Origin: Thermoplasmatota archaeon
Lineage (GTDB): Archaea > Thermoplasmatota > Thermoplasmata > Thermoplasmatales > ARK-15
DNA: 64,000 nucleotides
Direction of reading: 5' to 3'
NCBI GenBank assembly: GCA_031961545.1
Contig: JAVRLK010000001.1
Location: 6,596 to 70,595 of the forward strand
Shown: positions 53,552 to 63,999 of the stretch, one piece after another
Numbering within the stretch: position 1 is the stretch's first letter
Layout: every line of letters begins with the position of its first letter
Program-made: the position numbers and the translations under genes
Notes under the pieces: model-generated
Told to the model about the DNA's origin: nothing
Seen by the model: the letters and a program-made list of their open reading frames with translations, nothing else
Database searches by the model: none

Positions 53552-54805
53552 GTGGAAAGTTTTTTAAATTATTACTCATTTGTGAAAAATATGTTGAGTA
53601 TAGAAAAGGTAATGAAAATCTTGCTCACTTCACTTATTTTTGTTTCAATTTCAATGATAATACGATTCCTTGGTTTTATTTTAACAGATAACTATGCAAT
53701 TTTGATTGAAACCATTCATATGGGCATAGATGTTGTTATTACAACCCTCATATTGATAGCACTTAGAATTATTTACAGTAAATTTTCAAATAGGTTTTCT
53801 TTCGGTCTCTACAAGCTTGAGGATCTCATTTCACTTTTTCTTGGTCTTTTTATAATTTATTCAGGTATTGAAATAATAATTTATGGCATTTCTTCAATAC
53901 CTTTTCATTCACTATACGCCTCCATAGTTCAAATTTTTTCTATCGTTCCCCTTATTTTTGCAGGTGAGATAAAATACAGATTTGGTAAAATGAACAATTC
54001 ACCAAGTATAATGTCAGACGGCATGCATACATTCACGGATGTATTTGAAGGAACTGGTGTTGCTCTGGGTCTTTTACTCAATTATTTCACTGGTTCAATT
54101 ATTTTCTATTACTTTTCCATCGTTCTTGCAGGTATTGCACTCTTCATTGCCTCAATTGAAATAATAAAAAATTCAATACTTGACCTTATGGATCTGCCAA
54201 GGGATAGGAATGTTCTGAAAAGCATTGAGAATGTAATTGAATCTTTCAGTGAGGTTAAAAAATTAACAGGACTTTACGTAAGATGGGCAGGATCCGTTAT
54301 ATTTATTGAAATTATTGTTGAAATGGATCCCTCTTTAACAATAGAGGAAGCACATCCAATAACCGAAAAAATTGAAAAGAGAATTAAAGATGAAATCAAC
54401 AATGTAATTTCAGTCGTAACTCATGTTGAACCATCAAAAAGGAAAAATTTCAGATTGATTGTTCCTGTTAAGGAAAAGGATATAAATTCTGAAATACATG
54501 AAAAATTTTCAAAGTCACCTTATTTCGCCATTGTTGACATAAGCAATGGATCATACACTGTAAATTTTATTGAAAATGATCTTAACATTGATGAAAAAAG
54601 TCTTGTGGGTGTTAAGGTAATAAAAAATCTTTTAAAGTATGGAATAACGGATATAATTACTGTGAACATAGGAGAGATTGTTTTCGGCCTTTTATCAATA
54701 CATAAAATAAATTGCTGGAAAACTGATGGTGGAACACTTAAGGAAAATATTGATAGATTCCTAGAGGGAAAAATTGAAAAGTACGTTTTTAAGGATGAGA
54801 CTTAA
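53552..54805 (+). CDS. cation diffusion facilitator transporter fused to a NifX/NifB-C-like (dinitrogenase FeMo-cofactor-binding family) domain
   Basis: CDF HxxxD motifs IHMGIDV and MHTFTDV. A cytoplasmic CTD follows, and then RLIVPVKEKD...SPYFAIVDISNGSYTVNFIEND...GITDIITVNIGE. The start codon is uncertain (GTG at 53552 or ATG near 53594). Confidence 0.7.
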   Translation: MESFLNYYSFVKNMLSIEKVMKILLTSLIFVSISMIIRFLGFILTDNYAILIETIHMGIDVVITTLILIALRIIYSKFSNRFSFGLYKLEDLISLFLGLFIIYSGIEIIIYGISSIPFHSLYASIVQIFSIVPLIFAGEIKYRFGKMNNSPSIMSDGMHTFTDVFEGTGVALGLLLNYFTGSIIFYYFSIVLAGIALFIASIEIIKNSILDLMDLPRDRNVLKSIENVIESFSEVKKLTGLYVRWAGSVIFIEIIVEMDPSLTIEEAHPITEKIEKRIKDEINNVISVVTHVEPSKRKNFRLIVPVKEKDINSEIHEKFSKSPYFAIVDISNGSYTVNFIENDLNIDEKSLVGVKVIKNLLKYGITDIITVNIGEIVFGLLSIHKINCWKTDGGTLKENIDRFLEGKIEKYVFKDET

Positions 54806-55649
54806 TTTTCTTTGATGCTATTATTTCCTGAACAAGCTTTGCACCGAGCATGGATGTATTACCGTTGTCATAGTGTGGAACAATTTCCACTATATCAGCA
54901 CCAACAAGTTTTTCCCCTATTGAAAAAATTATTTCCCTAACATCCCATGGTGTTAGACCATATGGCTCTGGCGTTGCAACAGCGGGTGCATAAGCTGGAT
55001 CTATTCCATCCATATCTATGGATAGATATATTTTATTCCCCATTCCATTTATTTTTTCAATTACCTTTTTTATGCCCAATTCCCTTACATTAAAGGATGT
55101 AAAATAACTTAAATTTTTGAAATCATTATCAAGATACTCTTCAGGGGATACTGATCTTATACCAACACTTAAAATTCTATCCTTTCCAAGTTTTTCATAT
55201 GCCCTTCTTGCCACGCAGGCATGGCTGAATTTTTCGTTGAGATAACTGTCCCTGAAATCTGAATGGGCATCTATGAACACAATGGATGCACCTATTTTCT
55301 TCAATGTATCCAGTGTTCCAATTGTGACCGAATGTTCACCACCGAGCATTATTGGAAATTTACCATCTCCCACTATTTCTGAGAATATGGAATTTACATC
55401 CTCAATCATATCAGAAACATTGCCTGATTCGTAAAGATTTCCCATATCATGTATTTTAACGTCCCTGAAATAAAATTCTGGATCTATGAGAAAAGATTCA
55501 AGGTTTATTGATGCCTCCCTTATTGAGTTTGGAGCAAACCTTGCACCGCCCCTGAATGATGTTGTTCTATCGAATGGCACACCGAATAAAACAAATTCAC
55601 TTTCCTCGTAGGAAGATTCTGAATCGGCGAACTTTAAAAGGTTTGCCAT
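54789..55649 (-). CDS. speB: agmatinase (arginase family)
   Basis: GGEHSVT, DAHSDF and SIDMDGIDPAYAP. Confidence 0.85.
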   Translation of the reverse strand: MANLLKFADSESSYEESEFVLFGVPFDRTTSFRGGARFAPNSIREASINLESFLIDPEFYFRDVKIHDMGNLYESGNVSDMIEDVNSIFSEIVGDGKFPIMLGGEHSVTIGTLDTLKKIGASIVFIDAHSDFRDSYLNEKFSHACVARRAYEKLGKDRILSVGIRSVSPEEYLDNDFKNLSYFTSFNVRELGIKKVIEKINGMGNKIYLSIDMDGIDPAYAPAVATPEPYGLTPWDVREIIFSIGEKLVGADIVEIVPHYDNGNTSMLGAKLVQEIIASKKIKSHP

Positions 55650-55650
55650 T

Positions 55651-56046
55651 TTATGCCTTCATTATTTTTCTTTTTCCCATTGCTTCCCAGTACTGAATTT
55701 CCTGACTTTGCTGTATCTGTCCCTTCAGTTCTTCAGGTATTGGTAACTCGAATGTCTCAAAGGTTGTTGTATCCATAATCTGTGCCACATCTCCCTGAAC
55801 GGAGATAACCTGGCCAGTCTTTTTGTCTATTATTGGCATTTTTACCTTGTGTTTCACAGGATAAACAACACTCCTTTTCTGTCCATCGAACACGCCAATT
55901 GCAACTATTCGTGCTTTAGCCTCACCATGCTTACCTGGCTTTGATGTTGTGAATTCAACTATCCTGCAAGGCTCATCATCAATAACTATATAGCTACCTT
56001 CCCTAAGTTCCCTTACCTCAACATCCTTCCATGACATTTTTGACAC
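55651..56046 (-). CDS. translation initiation factor 5A (aIF5A)
   Basis: Hypusination loop [14 protein letters not shown], 131 aa. Confidence 0.9.
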   Translation of the reverse strand: MSKMSWKDVEVRELREGSYIVIDDEPCRIVEFTTSKPGKHGEAKARIVAIGVFDGQKRSVVYPVKHKVKMPIIDKKTGQVISVQGDVAQIMDTTTFETFELPIPEELKGQIQQSQEIQYWEAMGKRKIMKA

Positions 56047-56090
56047 CTATACATCAAGGAAATTTAAATACATTTATGAATTTTTCTAAT

Positions 56091-57461
56091 TCAATGTTTC
56101 AAAATTTTTTTATAAAAATCCTGTAAAATTTTTTCCACCTCCTCCTTTTTTAAAAGACCCTTTTCAACAATGATTTCCTCAACCCTTTTATTCTTTTCAT
56201 AGGATTCCTTAACAAGTTCAGCCACATTTTTATAACCAATATAGGGTGAGAAGGCAACGGCATTTATCTGACTATTTTTTAAAAGTTCTTCAACCCTTTT
56301 TTCATTCACAATCATAAACTTAACAAGCTTCTCATTGAAAATGTTCAATGCATTTGTTAAAATGTTCATACTTTCAAGCATTGAATATGAAACAACAGGT
56401 GTAAAAACATTTATTTCAAGGTTCCCCATTTGATTTGTCTGGGAAACAAGATAATCGTTTGATATAACCCTGAGACAGGACATAATTACCGCTTCAGCTA
56501 TTGATGGGTTTATCTTTCCTGGCATTATTGATGATCCCTGCTGAACGGCAGGTATTTTTATTTCATTAATACCTGCACCGGGACCGGATGACATGAACCT
56601 TATATCGTTTGAAATTTTTATTGTATCTTCAGCAAGAATTCTCAGTGATGATGAAAAATATGAAAAATCCGAAAGGGATTGCATTACCTCAAAAAGGTTT
56701 TCAGCCTTTCTTAAGTTTCTACCTGTTGAATTTTTAAGGCATTCTATAACAATATCCTCGAATCCTTCTGGTTTATTCAATCCAGTACCGACTGCAGTTC
56801 CACCAATGTTCAACCTTAAAATAAATTCCAAGGCATTTTCAATTCTTTTAAGATCTGATTTAAGGGAATTAACATATCCTGAAAATTCCTGTCCAAAACT
56901 TATTGGTGCCGCATCCATCAAATGTGTTCTGCCTACCTTAACAACATTTCCATACTCTTCAATTTTTTTCTCAAAGGATTCAATTAGTGATTCTATTGAT
57001 TTTTTTAAATTATCATATTTTTTTATTATTGCAAGTCTAATCGCACTTGGATAAACATCATTTGATGACTGGGATCTGTTAACATCGTCGTTTGGATCAA
57101 TTTTCATATTAAAAATTTTTAAAGAAACCTTACTGATTACCTCATTAACATTCATGTTTGTTGATGTACCCGCACCGGCCTGATAGGGATCCACTGGAAA
57201 ATAATCCATGCTGAAATTTTTAATTATATAATCAATTGAATTCACAATTGCCCTATACTTCTCTTCTTCCAGATTTTTCAACCTATAGTTTGCATAGGCA
57301 GAACATTTTTTTATCATAAGCAGGGATTCAATAAGATCCCTGTCAGGCCTTAAACCTGAAATGCGAAAATTTTCAACTGCCCTAACTGTATTAATTCCAT
57401 AGAAAACATTATCAGGAATGTCCACTTCCCCGAGTAAATCCTTCTCCTTCATATTCATCAT
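56091..57461 (-). CDS. class II fumarate hydratase / aspartate ammonia-lyase family enzyme
   Basis: GSSIMPGKINP signature and TVRAVENFRISG. The two activities cannot be separated by eye. Confidence 0.8.
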   Translation of the reverse strand: MMNMKEKDLLGEVDIPDNVFYGINTVRAVENFRISGLRPDRDLIESLLMIKKCSAYANYRLKNLEEEKYRAIVNSIDYIIKNFSMDYFPVDPYQAGAGTSTNMNVNEVISKVSLKIFNMKIDPNDDVNRSQSSNDVYPSAIRLAIIKKYDNLKKSIESLIESFEKKIEEYGNVVKVGRTHLMDAAPISFGQEFSGYVNSLKSDLKRIENALEFILRLNIGGTAVGTGLNKPEGFEDIVIECLKNSTGRNLRKAENLFEVMQSLSDFSYFSSSLRILAEDTIKISNDIRFMSSGPGAGINEIKIPAVQQGSSIMPGKINPSIAEAVIMSCLRVISNDYLVSQTNQMGNLEINVFTPVVSYSMLESMNILTNALNIFNEKLVKFMIVNEKRVEELLKNSQINAVAFSPYIGYKNVAELVKESYEKNKRVEEIIVEKGLLKKEEVEKILQDFYKKILKH

Positions 57462-57674
57462 TTATTTTATTTATATTTAAAATTTTTTAAATTTTAAATT
57501 GGCTATTTTTTCTTTTTAATTAACTTTTGAAATTTTAATAATCAAAACTTTTTTTATAAAAAAATTAAGAAATCAGAGAAAATAGAAAAAAACGAGTTTT
57601 TCTGGTATTTTAGTAGTAATATTTATATACAAGAATTCTTATTTCTACCGTGTAGAACAGGATGGTGATAAAAA

Positions 57675-57944
57675 ATGGTTGGAATTAGTGAACTGAGCAA
57701 GAATGTTGCAAAGAAGGCAAAGGTAACACAGAGAACAGCAAGGGAGGTTATAAAGACCTTCCTCAATGAAATCGTTGACTCGGTCAATGCAGGAAAGAAA
57801 GTGAACCTTGTGGGATTCGGAATATTTGAGAGAAGGGTACAGAAGGAGAGAAAGGCAAGGAACCCACAGACAAAACAGATAATAAACGTACCAAGCAAGA
57901 AGAAGTTCGTTTTCAGGGCATCAAGCAAAATAAAATATAAATAA
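57675..57944 (+). CDS. HU-family DNA-binding protein (HTa type)
   Basis: MVGISELSKNVAKKAKVTQ...GFGIFERRVQKERKARNPQTKQIINVPSKKKFVFRASSKIKYK is very close to Thermoplasma HTa as I recall it. Confidence 0.9.
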   Translation: MVGISELSKNVAKKAKVTQRTAREVIKTFLNEIVDSVNAGKKVNLVGFGIFERRVQKERKARNPQTKQIINVPSKKKFVFRASSKIKYK

Positions 57945-57947
57945 AAA

Positions 57948-58373
57948 TTAAATTTTTTCTTTTTTTATTACCTCTATATTTTTTATACTTGTATATGGGT
58001 ACTGACCATTTTCATCCTTTTCAAGGTATTTAACCATATCCCATATTGTTAAAAGTGCTGATGTTACCCCAGCCAGTGCCTCCATTTCAACACCTGTTTT
58101 ATAATGTGCACCAACAGTACAGTTCACCTTAATCCTGTTACCCATAACAGTGAATTTTACATCAACCTTTTCTATGGGAACAGGATGTGTATGTGGAATA
58201 ATCAATGTTGTGTTTTTCACACCCATTATTGCTGATACCCTTGCAACTTCAAAAATATCCCCCTTCTTTATCTCTTTTTTCAATATTGATTCAACAGTTG
58301 ATGTTTTAAGAACTATCTCTCCCTCAGCCTCGGCCTCTCTGTAAACTATATCCTTATTGCTTATGTCTATCAT
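57948..58373 (-). CDS. moaC: cyclic pyranopterin monophosphate synthase
   Basis: KGDIFEVARVSAIMGVKNT, GVEMEALAGVTSALLTIWDM. Confidence 0.85.
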   Translation of the reverse strand: MIDISNKDIVYREAEAEGEIVLKTSTVESILKKEIKKGDIFEVARVSAIMGVKNTTLIIPHTHPVPIEKVDVKFTVMGNRIKVNCTVGAHYKTGVEMEALAGVTSALLTIWDMVKYLEKDENGQYPYTSIKNIEVIKKEKI

Positions 58374-58410
58374 TGATGTTAATTAAAAAAAGGAAAATAA
58401 AAAACTTTTC

Positions 58411-60510
58411 TTATTTTTCAAGGATTATTCTTGCATCAACAACTTTCAGACCATGCTCATAGAGTATCGTTGGGTTTGCATCAAGTTCCTTTATTTCAGG
58501 GAAATCCACTACAAGTTGAGATATTCTGCTTATTGTTTCACCAAGTGACTCAAAGTCCCTGGGTTTTTCTCCCCTTGCACCCTCAAGTATTGCCCTTCCG
58601 GATATTTCCCTTACCATATCAAGTGCTGTGGATTTTGAGAATGGAGCAACCCTGAAACTGACATCCTTGAGAACTTCAACAAAAATACCACCTAGACCGA
58701 ACATAACCGTTGGACCGAACTGTATATCCTTTGTTGCACCAATTATACTTTCAATACCCTGGGGTGCCATTTCCTGTACGGCAATTCCTATTATTTCCGC
58801 GTTTGGAACCTTCTCCTTTACATTTTTTATTATTTTATCGTATACTGAAATAAGCTCGTCCCTTGATTTTATGTTTAAAACAACACCTCCAACATCGCTC
58901 TTATGTATTACCTGAGGTGATACAATTTTTGCAACAAGAGGGAAATTAAGTGACGATAAAATTTTATCCACTTCATCCTTTGATTTCATTAGAACCGTTT
59001 TTGCCACGTCAACACCATATGCTGAAAGTATTTCCTTTGCTTCTATTTCCGTTACATAGGATCTATTTTCCTTCCTTATATTATCAAGTATTGCCTTTAC
59101 CTTTCCAGTATCCACATCCTCGAATCTCTGGAATTCATCAAATCCTCTCTCTATGATCCTTCCATACTCTCTAAGGGCTGCCATTGCGCTTATTGCCCTA
59201 TCTGGTGCGCGGTAAACTGGTATTCCCTTCTTCTGTAACCATTCTGCTGCCCTTTCCGTTACCTCACCACCAACGTAGGAAACGGTTATGGGCTTCGTTG
59301 CTCTATTACAGTTTGTTGCTGCATAAATTTCCATGGAAAGTTCCTGAGGATCGGAAATCGCTGTCTCGCAATAAAGAATAGTGATACCATTTACCCATGG
59401 ATGTTCAAGCGCTATTTTTATTGCATTACTGTACCATTCCGCTGTTGCCTCACCCGTCAGATCAACAGGGTTCTTGGCACTTCCAAAATCTGGCATTATT
59501 TCCTTGAGTTTTTGTTTAAGATCCTCGGGAGGATCCTTCAATGGAATACCATATTTTTCAGCCGCATCCGTTGCAAGAACACCAACACCACCACCATTCG
59601 TTATAATTAAAAGATTTTCTCCTTTCATGGGTGGCTGGAGTGAAAGGGCAAGGGATCTATCGAATAGATCATCAAGAGTATAAGCCTGAACCACACCTGC
59701 CTGCTTAAATGCTGCAGAATATACCTTACCTGAACCCGCAAGTGAACCTGTATGTGATGCTGCTGCAACAGCTCCCCTCTGTGAAACACCGGATTTCAAT
59801 GCAACTATTGGCTTATCAAGTATTCTTTTACAAACATCAATGAACTTCCTCCCATTCTTTATACCTTCAACATAGAGCGATATGCATGCTGTGTCCGGAT
59901 CGTTTCTGAAATAATCTATAAGATCAGCAAAATCAAGATCGCTCATATTACCTATACTTATTAAATAGGACATACCTACCCTGTCAACCCAGGTTCTTGC
60001 ATCAAGTGCAATCAAAAGGGCACCGCTCTGTGAGATCATCGTTATTTTTCCAGGGTAAGGAAGGTAAGGTCCAAAGGATGCGTTCATTTTCATTGGGTTG
60101 CTCATTATGCCAACAATGTTGGGACCAAGAAGTCTCATATTATATTTCCTTGCTATTTCAACGATCTTTTCCTCAAGATCCTCCCTTCCAATCTCACTGA
60201 ACCCTGAAGCTATAACTGCAACACCCTTCACACCTTTTTTACCACACTCCTCTATCACCTGTGGTGTAATTGCTGCTGGAACGGTAATTACAGCAAGATC
60301 AACGTCATCAGGAATATCAAGAACACTGTGGTAACATTTTAAACCAAGAATTTCATCGGCCTTCGGATTTACGGGATAAATCTTTCCTTGATATTTAGAA
60401 TCCAAAAGATTTTTAACTACACTTTGACCTATTGCATGGGGATCCCTTGATGCACCTACAATTGCTATCGATTTTGGTTTGAACATTGGATCCAGATTGT
60501 CCATAAACAT
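58411..60510 (-). CDS. acd: ADP-forming acetyl-CoA synthetase (fused alpha-beta)
   Basis: PKSIAIVGAS, GPNIVG, QSGAL and a C-terminal ATP-grasp region. 699 aa. Confidence 0.85.
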   Translation of the reverse strand: MFMDNLDPMFKPKSIAIVGASRDPHAIGQSVVKNLLDSKYQGKIYPVNPKADEILGLKCYHSVLDIPDDVDLAVITVPAAITPQVIEECGKKGVKGVAVIASGFSEIGREDLEEKIVEIARKYNMRLLGPNIVGIMSNPMKMNASFGPYLPYPGKITMISQSGALLIALDARTWVDRVGMSYLISIGNMSDLDFADLIDYFRNDPDTACISLYVEGIKNGRKFIDVCKRILDKPIVALKSGVSQRGAVAAASHTGSLAGSGKVYSAAFKQAGVVQAYTLDDLFDRSLALSLQPPMKGENLLIITNGGGVGVLATDAAEKYGIPLKDPPEDLKQKLKEIMPDFGSAKNPVDLTGEATAEWYSNAIKIALEHPWVNGITILYCETAISDPQELSMEIYAATNCNRATKPITVSYVGGEVTERAAEWLQKKGIPVYRAPDRAISAMAALREYGRIIERGFDEFQRFEDVDTGKVKAILDNIRKENRSYVTEIEAKEILSAYGVDVAKTVLMKSKDEVDKILSSLNFPLVAKIVSPQVIHKSDVGGVVLNIKSRDELISVYDKIIKNVKEKVPNAEIIGIAVQEMAPQGIESIIGATKDIQFGPTVMFGLGGIFVEVLKDVSFRVAPFSKSTALDMVREISGRAILEGARGEKPRDFESLGETISRISQLVVDFPEIKELDANPTILYEHGLKVVDARIILEK

Positions 60511-60564
60511 ACACCTATGATCCCTAATACTTTCAGGTTAATTTTATTTTTTATCCACTTTTTC

Positions 60565-61851
60565 CTAACTCATACTTTGCTTATTGTCGAAGTATTCCAG
60601 GGTTACTGTCTTCTGTTCCCCCGTCAACATATCTTTAATTTTAAGTGTTCCAGTTTTAGCTTCTTCGTCACCAACAATTATTATAAACTTTGCTCCAATT
60701 TTATCAGCATACCTTAACTGCCATGAGAGACTTTTTCCAGTAAGGTCAATATCTGTAATATATCCTCTCCTTCTAAGTTCCTTTAAAATTTTGATTCCAT
60801 ATTTTCTATTATTACCCTGAATTGCGATAAAATAGTCAACACTTTCATCATATTTTGGCCATAAACCCTCCCTTTTCAACAATAATTCAAGAACCGCATC
60901 ACCCATACCGAAACCTACTGCCGGTACCTTTTCACCACCAAAAAGTTCAACCACATTATCGTACCTTCCACCTCCAAGTATCGCCCTGAATTCACCTTTT
61001 TTATCATGTGCTTCAAAAACAATACCTGTGTAATATGCAAGTCCCCTTACAATTGAAAAATCAAAAATGAATTCACCATAACCATATTCTATCAAAAATT
61101 CCTGAAGATTACATAATGTTTCCATTCTTGGTTCATATCCAATGATTGAAGAAACAGTCTTTTCAATATCATTGAAATTCCCTTTCACACCTATTATTTT
61201 TAAAATTTCCTTTGCTATTTCATCACCATTTATGGAAGAGAGATCCCTGTAAAATGTTTCCTCATCAACCTTACCCATCCTATCTATGACCCTTAATGTT
61301 TTTTCAACTTCAACAACACCCAATTTCAAGAGAATTTTTTCCATCAATTCCCTGTCGCTTATCCTCATCACATACTTTCCTTTCAAACCTAAGGAATCAA
61401 GGATTGCCATGGCAAGTGAAATGACCTCAGCATCCGATGCTATGTTATCTGATCCAAAAATATCAGCATTGTACTGATAAAATTCCCTCAACCTTCCTGA
61501 CTGGGGTTCCTCATACCTCCATAATTTTGGTATTGAAAACCATTTTATTGGTTTTAAAAAATTTTTCCTCTGTGCAACCATTCTTGAAACTGATGGTGTG
61601 ATTTCCGGTACAAGTGTTATTTCCCTACCTCCCTTATCAACAAAAGAAAAAGTTTGTTTAACAATCTCCTCACCGCTCTTTATTTTGAATATTTCAAGGG
61701 GTTCAACACTGGGAGTCTCAATTTCCTTGAAATTAAAACTTCTTGAAATTTCTCTCATTTTATTGAAAATTTTAACTCTTGGCACCATTTCTTCAGGATA
61801 GAATTCCCTGAATCCTTTGAGTTTCTGGAGATTTTCCATTTTTTTCACCAT
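60565..61851 (-). CDS. hisS: histidyl-tRNA synthetase
   Basis: KGFREFYPEEM, FRYERPQ-like WRYEEPQSGRLREFYQ, and GGGRYDN. I prefer a start at 61851 or 61839. The tracked 52-aa N-terminal extension looks non-coding. Confidence 0.85.
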   Translation of the reverse strand: MVKKMENLQKLKGFREFYPEEMVPRVKIFNKMREISRSFNFKEIETPSVEPLEIFKIKSGEEIVKQTFSFVDKGGREITLVPEITPSVSRMVAQRKNFLKPIKWFSIPKLWRYEEPQSGRLREFYQYNADIFGSDNIASDAEVISLAMAILDSLGLKGKYVMRISDRELMEKILLKLGVVEVEKTLRVIDRMGKVDEETFYRDLSSINGDEIAKEILKIIGVKGNFNDIEKTVSSIIGYEPRMETLCNLQEFLIEYGYGEFIFDFSIVRGLAYYTGIVFEAHDKKGEFRAILGGGRYDNVVELFGGEKVPAVGFGMGDAVLELLLKREGLWPKYDESVDYFIAIQGNNRKYGIKILKELRRRGYITDIDLTGKSLSWQLRYADKIGAKFIIIVGDEEAKTGTLKIKDMLTGEQKTVTLEYFDNKQSMS

Positions 61852-62162
61852 CACTCTTAAATCTTTACATAGATTAAAACATTTTTTATTTAAAGCTATT
61901 TTTTGAGATTCTGCCAGTACACAAAGATGGCTCCGATAGATTTTTGGCTTTAATAAGCCCACAAAAAAAATATAGATAAAATGGTATATAAAATAATACG
62001 CTCTCATTACCTTTTTATGGAATTATTCACCATAATGTAAAAACTAAATGATCATGAAAATTTCAGCATTAAAATGTTTTGAAATTTAATTTAAAAAGCG
62101 CATTATGAAAATCTCTAAATTTATATCGTAGTTTATATTACTTCTTTTTAGGACTGACAGAA

Positions 62163-63425
62163 ATGACAGAAATAACAGCTGTTCAAATATTTTATTTCTT
62201 CGCTATTCTGGGATTTATTCTTGTAGTTGCAAGGTTCCTTGGATTTTTGGGGGAAAGGCTTTTTGGTCTTCCAACAGTTTTGGGGGAGATTATTACAGGT
62301 ATTATAATTGGACCATTTGCTCTGGGTTATTACATATTTCCAACAGAGGGAATTTTTACTCCTTTAACAACACAGACACCTGTCCCAACAACCTTATACA
62401 TGTTCGGACAGGTTGGTGTTGTTATTCTTCTGTTTTACATTGGGCTTGAGAGTGATATTAAAAGATTTATAAAAGGATCTTTTTATGGTATCATTACAGC
62501 CATATCGGAAGGTACAATGTCATTCCTTCTCGTTACTCTTTTTGTATATTGGTATAGTAAAGATTTATTGACTTCACTTTTTATGGGTGCTATTTTAGCA
62601 AGTACATCTATAGGTATAACAGTTAGAGTACTAAAGGACATGAAAAAATTGGATTCAAAGGAAGGAATGGGAATACTTGTAATAGGAGTTTATGATGATA
62701 TAATAGGCATAATTTTCTTTATAACTGTAATGAATATAGCTTCAAACAAATTTAGCATTCAATCTATTATTCTTACCATAATTGAAGTGATAGTTTTTAT
62801 TGTAATTTTCATAATTATTGGTACGAAGCTAAATAGATGGATTTCCAGAACCTTAGGTCTATTTAAACATAGAGAAACAAGATTTGCAATAGTTATAACT
62901 ATACTATTTTTATTGACTGTTCTTACCATTCAACTCGGTCTTACAATGGTCCTTGGATCTTTCATTTTTGGTCTGGCACTTTCAAAGATTAAACAGAAGG
63001 ATGAGATCCTTGAAGATCTAAAAGGTTTATTCGATTTTTTTGTCCCCATTTTCTTTGTTACAGTTGGTATGATGATGAATTTGGCAAATATAATTCCAAG
63101 TCTTGTTGTTACATTAATAATATTTGTTGGTGCATATCTAGGGAAAGTTGTGGGCGCTTCAATACCATCAATGTATTTTGGTTTTTCAGTTAAAGAATCT
63201 TTCAGGATAGGTAATGCATTATTGCCACGTGCGGAGGTACCTCTGGTTGTATCATCCATAGCACTTGTTCAGGGTTTTATTTCAGAACAATTTTATAATG
63301 TATCCATACTTATGGTTTTATTAACTATAATACTGGGCCCAATACTGTATGTGAGACTTTCAAAGGAGGCAGAAAATGAAGGGAACAATACTGAGAAGGA
63401 AATACATTCAGAGAATAACAGGTAA
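62163..63425 (+). CDS. cation:proton antiporter (CPA2 / Kef-NapA type)
   Basis: About 12 TM helices with N-terminal LGEIITGIIIGPFALG. Confidence 0.75.
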   Translation: MTEITAVQIFYFFAILGFILVVARFLGFLGERLFGLPTVLGEIITGIIIGPFALGYYIFPTEGIFTPLTTQTPVPTTLYMFGQVGVVILLFYIGLESDIKRFIKGSFYGIITAISEGTMSFLLVTLFVYWYSKDLLTSLFMGAILASTSIGITVRVLKDMKKLDSKEGMGILVIGVYDDIIGIIFFITVMNIASNKFSIQSIILTIIEVIVFIVIFIIIGTKLNRWISRTLGLFKHRETRFAIVITILFLLTVLTIQLGLTMVLGSFIFGLALSKIKQKDEILEDLKGLFDFFVPIFFVTVGMMMNLANIIPSLVVTLIIFVGAYLGKVVGASIPSMYFGFSVKESFRIGNALLPRAEVPLVVSSIALVQGFISEQFYNVSILMVLLTIILGPILYVRLSKEAENEGNNTEKEIHSENNR

Positions 63426-63999
63426 GAATGCTTTTATAATTACACCAAAAAATAGGTATTCAAGATTACTTTCCGAAAACCTAAATTTTTCTTATTTGTT
63501 AATATTTAATGATGATGTAAAATTCATAATTCATCCCTCACAGGATGATGGTTCACTTTCAAAAGAAAATGTTGTAATAACAACAGATCCGGCGGGAAAG
63601 GTGAAGGAAATAATAGGTGATAAAAAATTATTTTCATGTGAAAGGATAGAGGAACTAAAAACGGAATTCATAAATGTGGATAACATTTTCAGAAAACCCT
63701 ATAAGGATGAGATAAAAATAATAAAAGAGGGTTATGAATTGCTTGATGAAGCGTTTGGAAGTGCTTTGAAGAAAATTTTTATTGGAATGAAAGAATATGA
63801 AATAAGGGCAGAATTTGAATACGAATTGATTAAAAGAGGTTTCGATGGTTTTGTTTATCCAAGCGTGGTACTTTCGGGTGAAAGATCTTCCTTTCCCATA
63901 TCATTCACATCTAACAATGTGTTTAAAGAGAACAATGTCCTCCAGATTGATCTATCTCCCATTTACAGAGGTTTTGGTCTTCACATGTCCAGGGTTTTA
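63376..63999 (+). CDS. M24-family Xaa-Pro peptidase, 3' end beyond the window
   Basis: ATG at 63376 preceded by GGAGG. The frame is open to the window end and encodes IFRKPYKDEIKIIKEGYELLDEAF...EYEIRAEFEYELIKRGFDGFVYPSVVLSGERSS. It is absent from the ORF track because no stop is reached. Confidence 0.7.
   Translation, partial: MKGTILRRKYIQRITGKNAFIITPKNRYSRLLSENLNFSYLLIFNDDVKFIIHPSQDDGSLSKENVVITTDPAGKVKEIIGDKKLFSCERIEELKTEFINVDNIFRKPYKDEIKIIKEGYELLDEAFGSALKKIFIGMKEYEIRAEFEYELIKRGFDGFVYPSVVLSGERSSFPISFTSNNVFKENNVLQIDLSPIYRGFGLHMSRVL

Noticed and set aside
57623-57928. A 101-aa minus-strand ORF across the HU/HTa gene.
   Set aside because: It is antisense to an unmistakable HTa coding sequence. 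It is hydrophobic and low-complexity, so it is a shadow ORF.
61852-62007. The tracked 52-aa N-terminal extension of hisS (MRAYYFIYHFIYIFFVG...).
   Set aside because: The extension is hydrophobic and AT-rich, like intergenic sequence. HisRS homology starts at MENLQKLKGFREF, and internal ATGs at 61851 and 61839 fit better.
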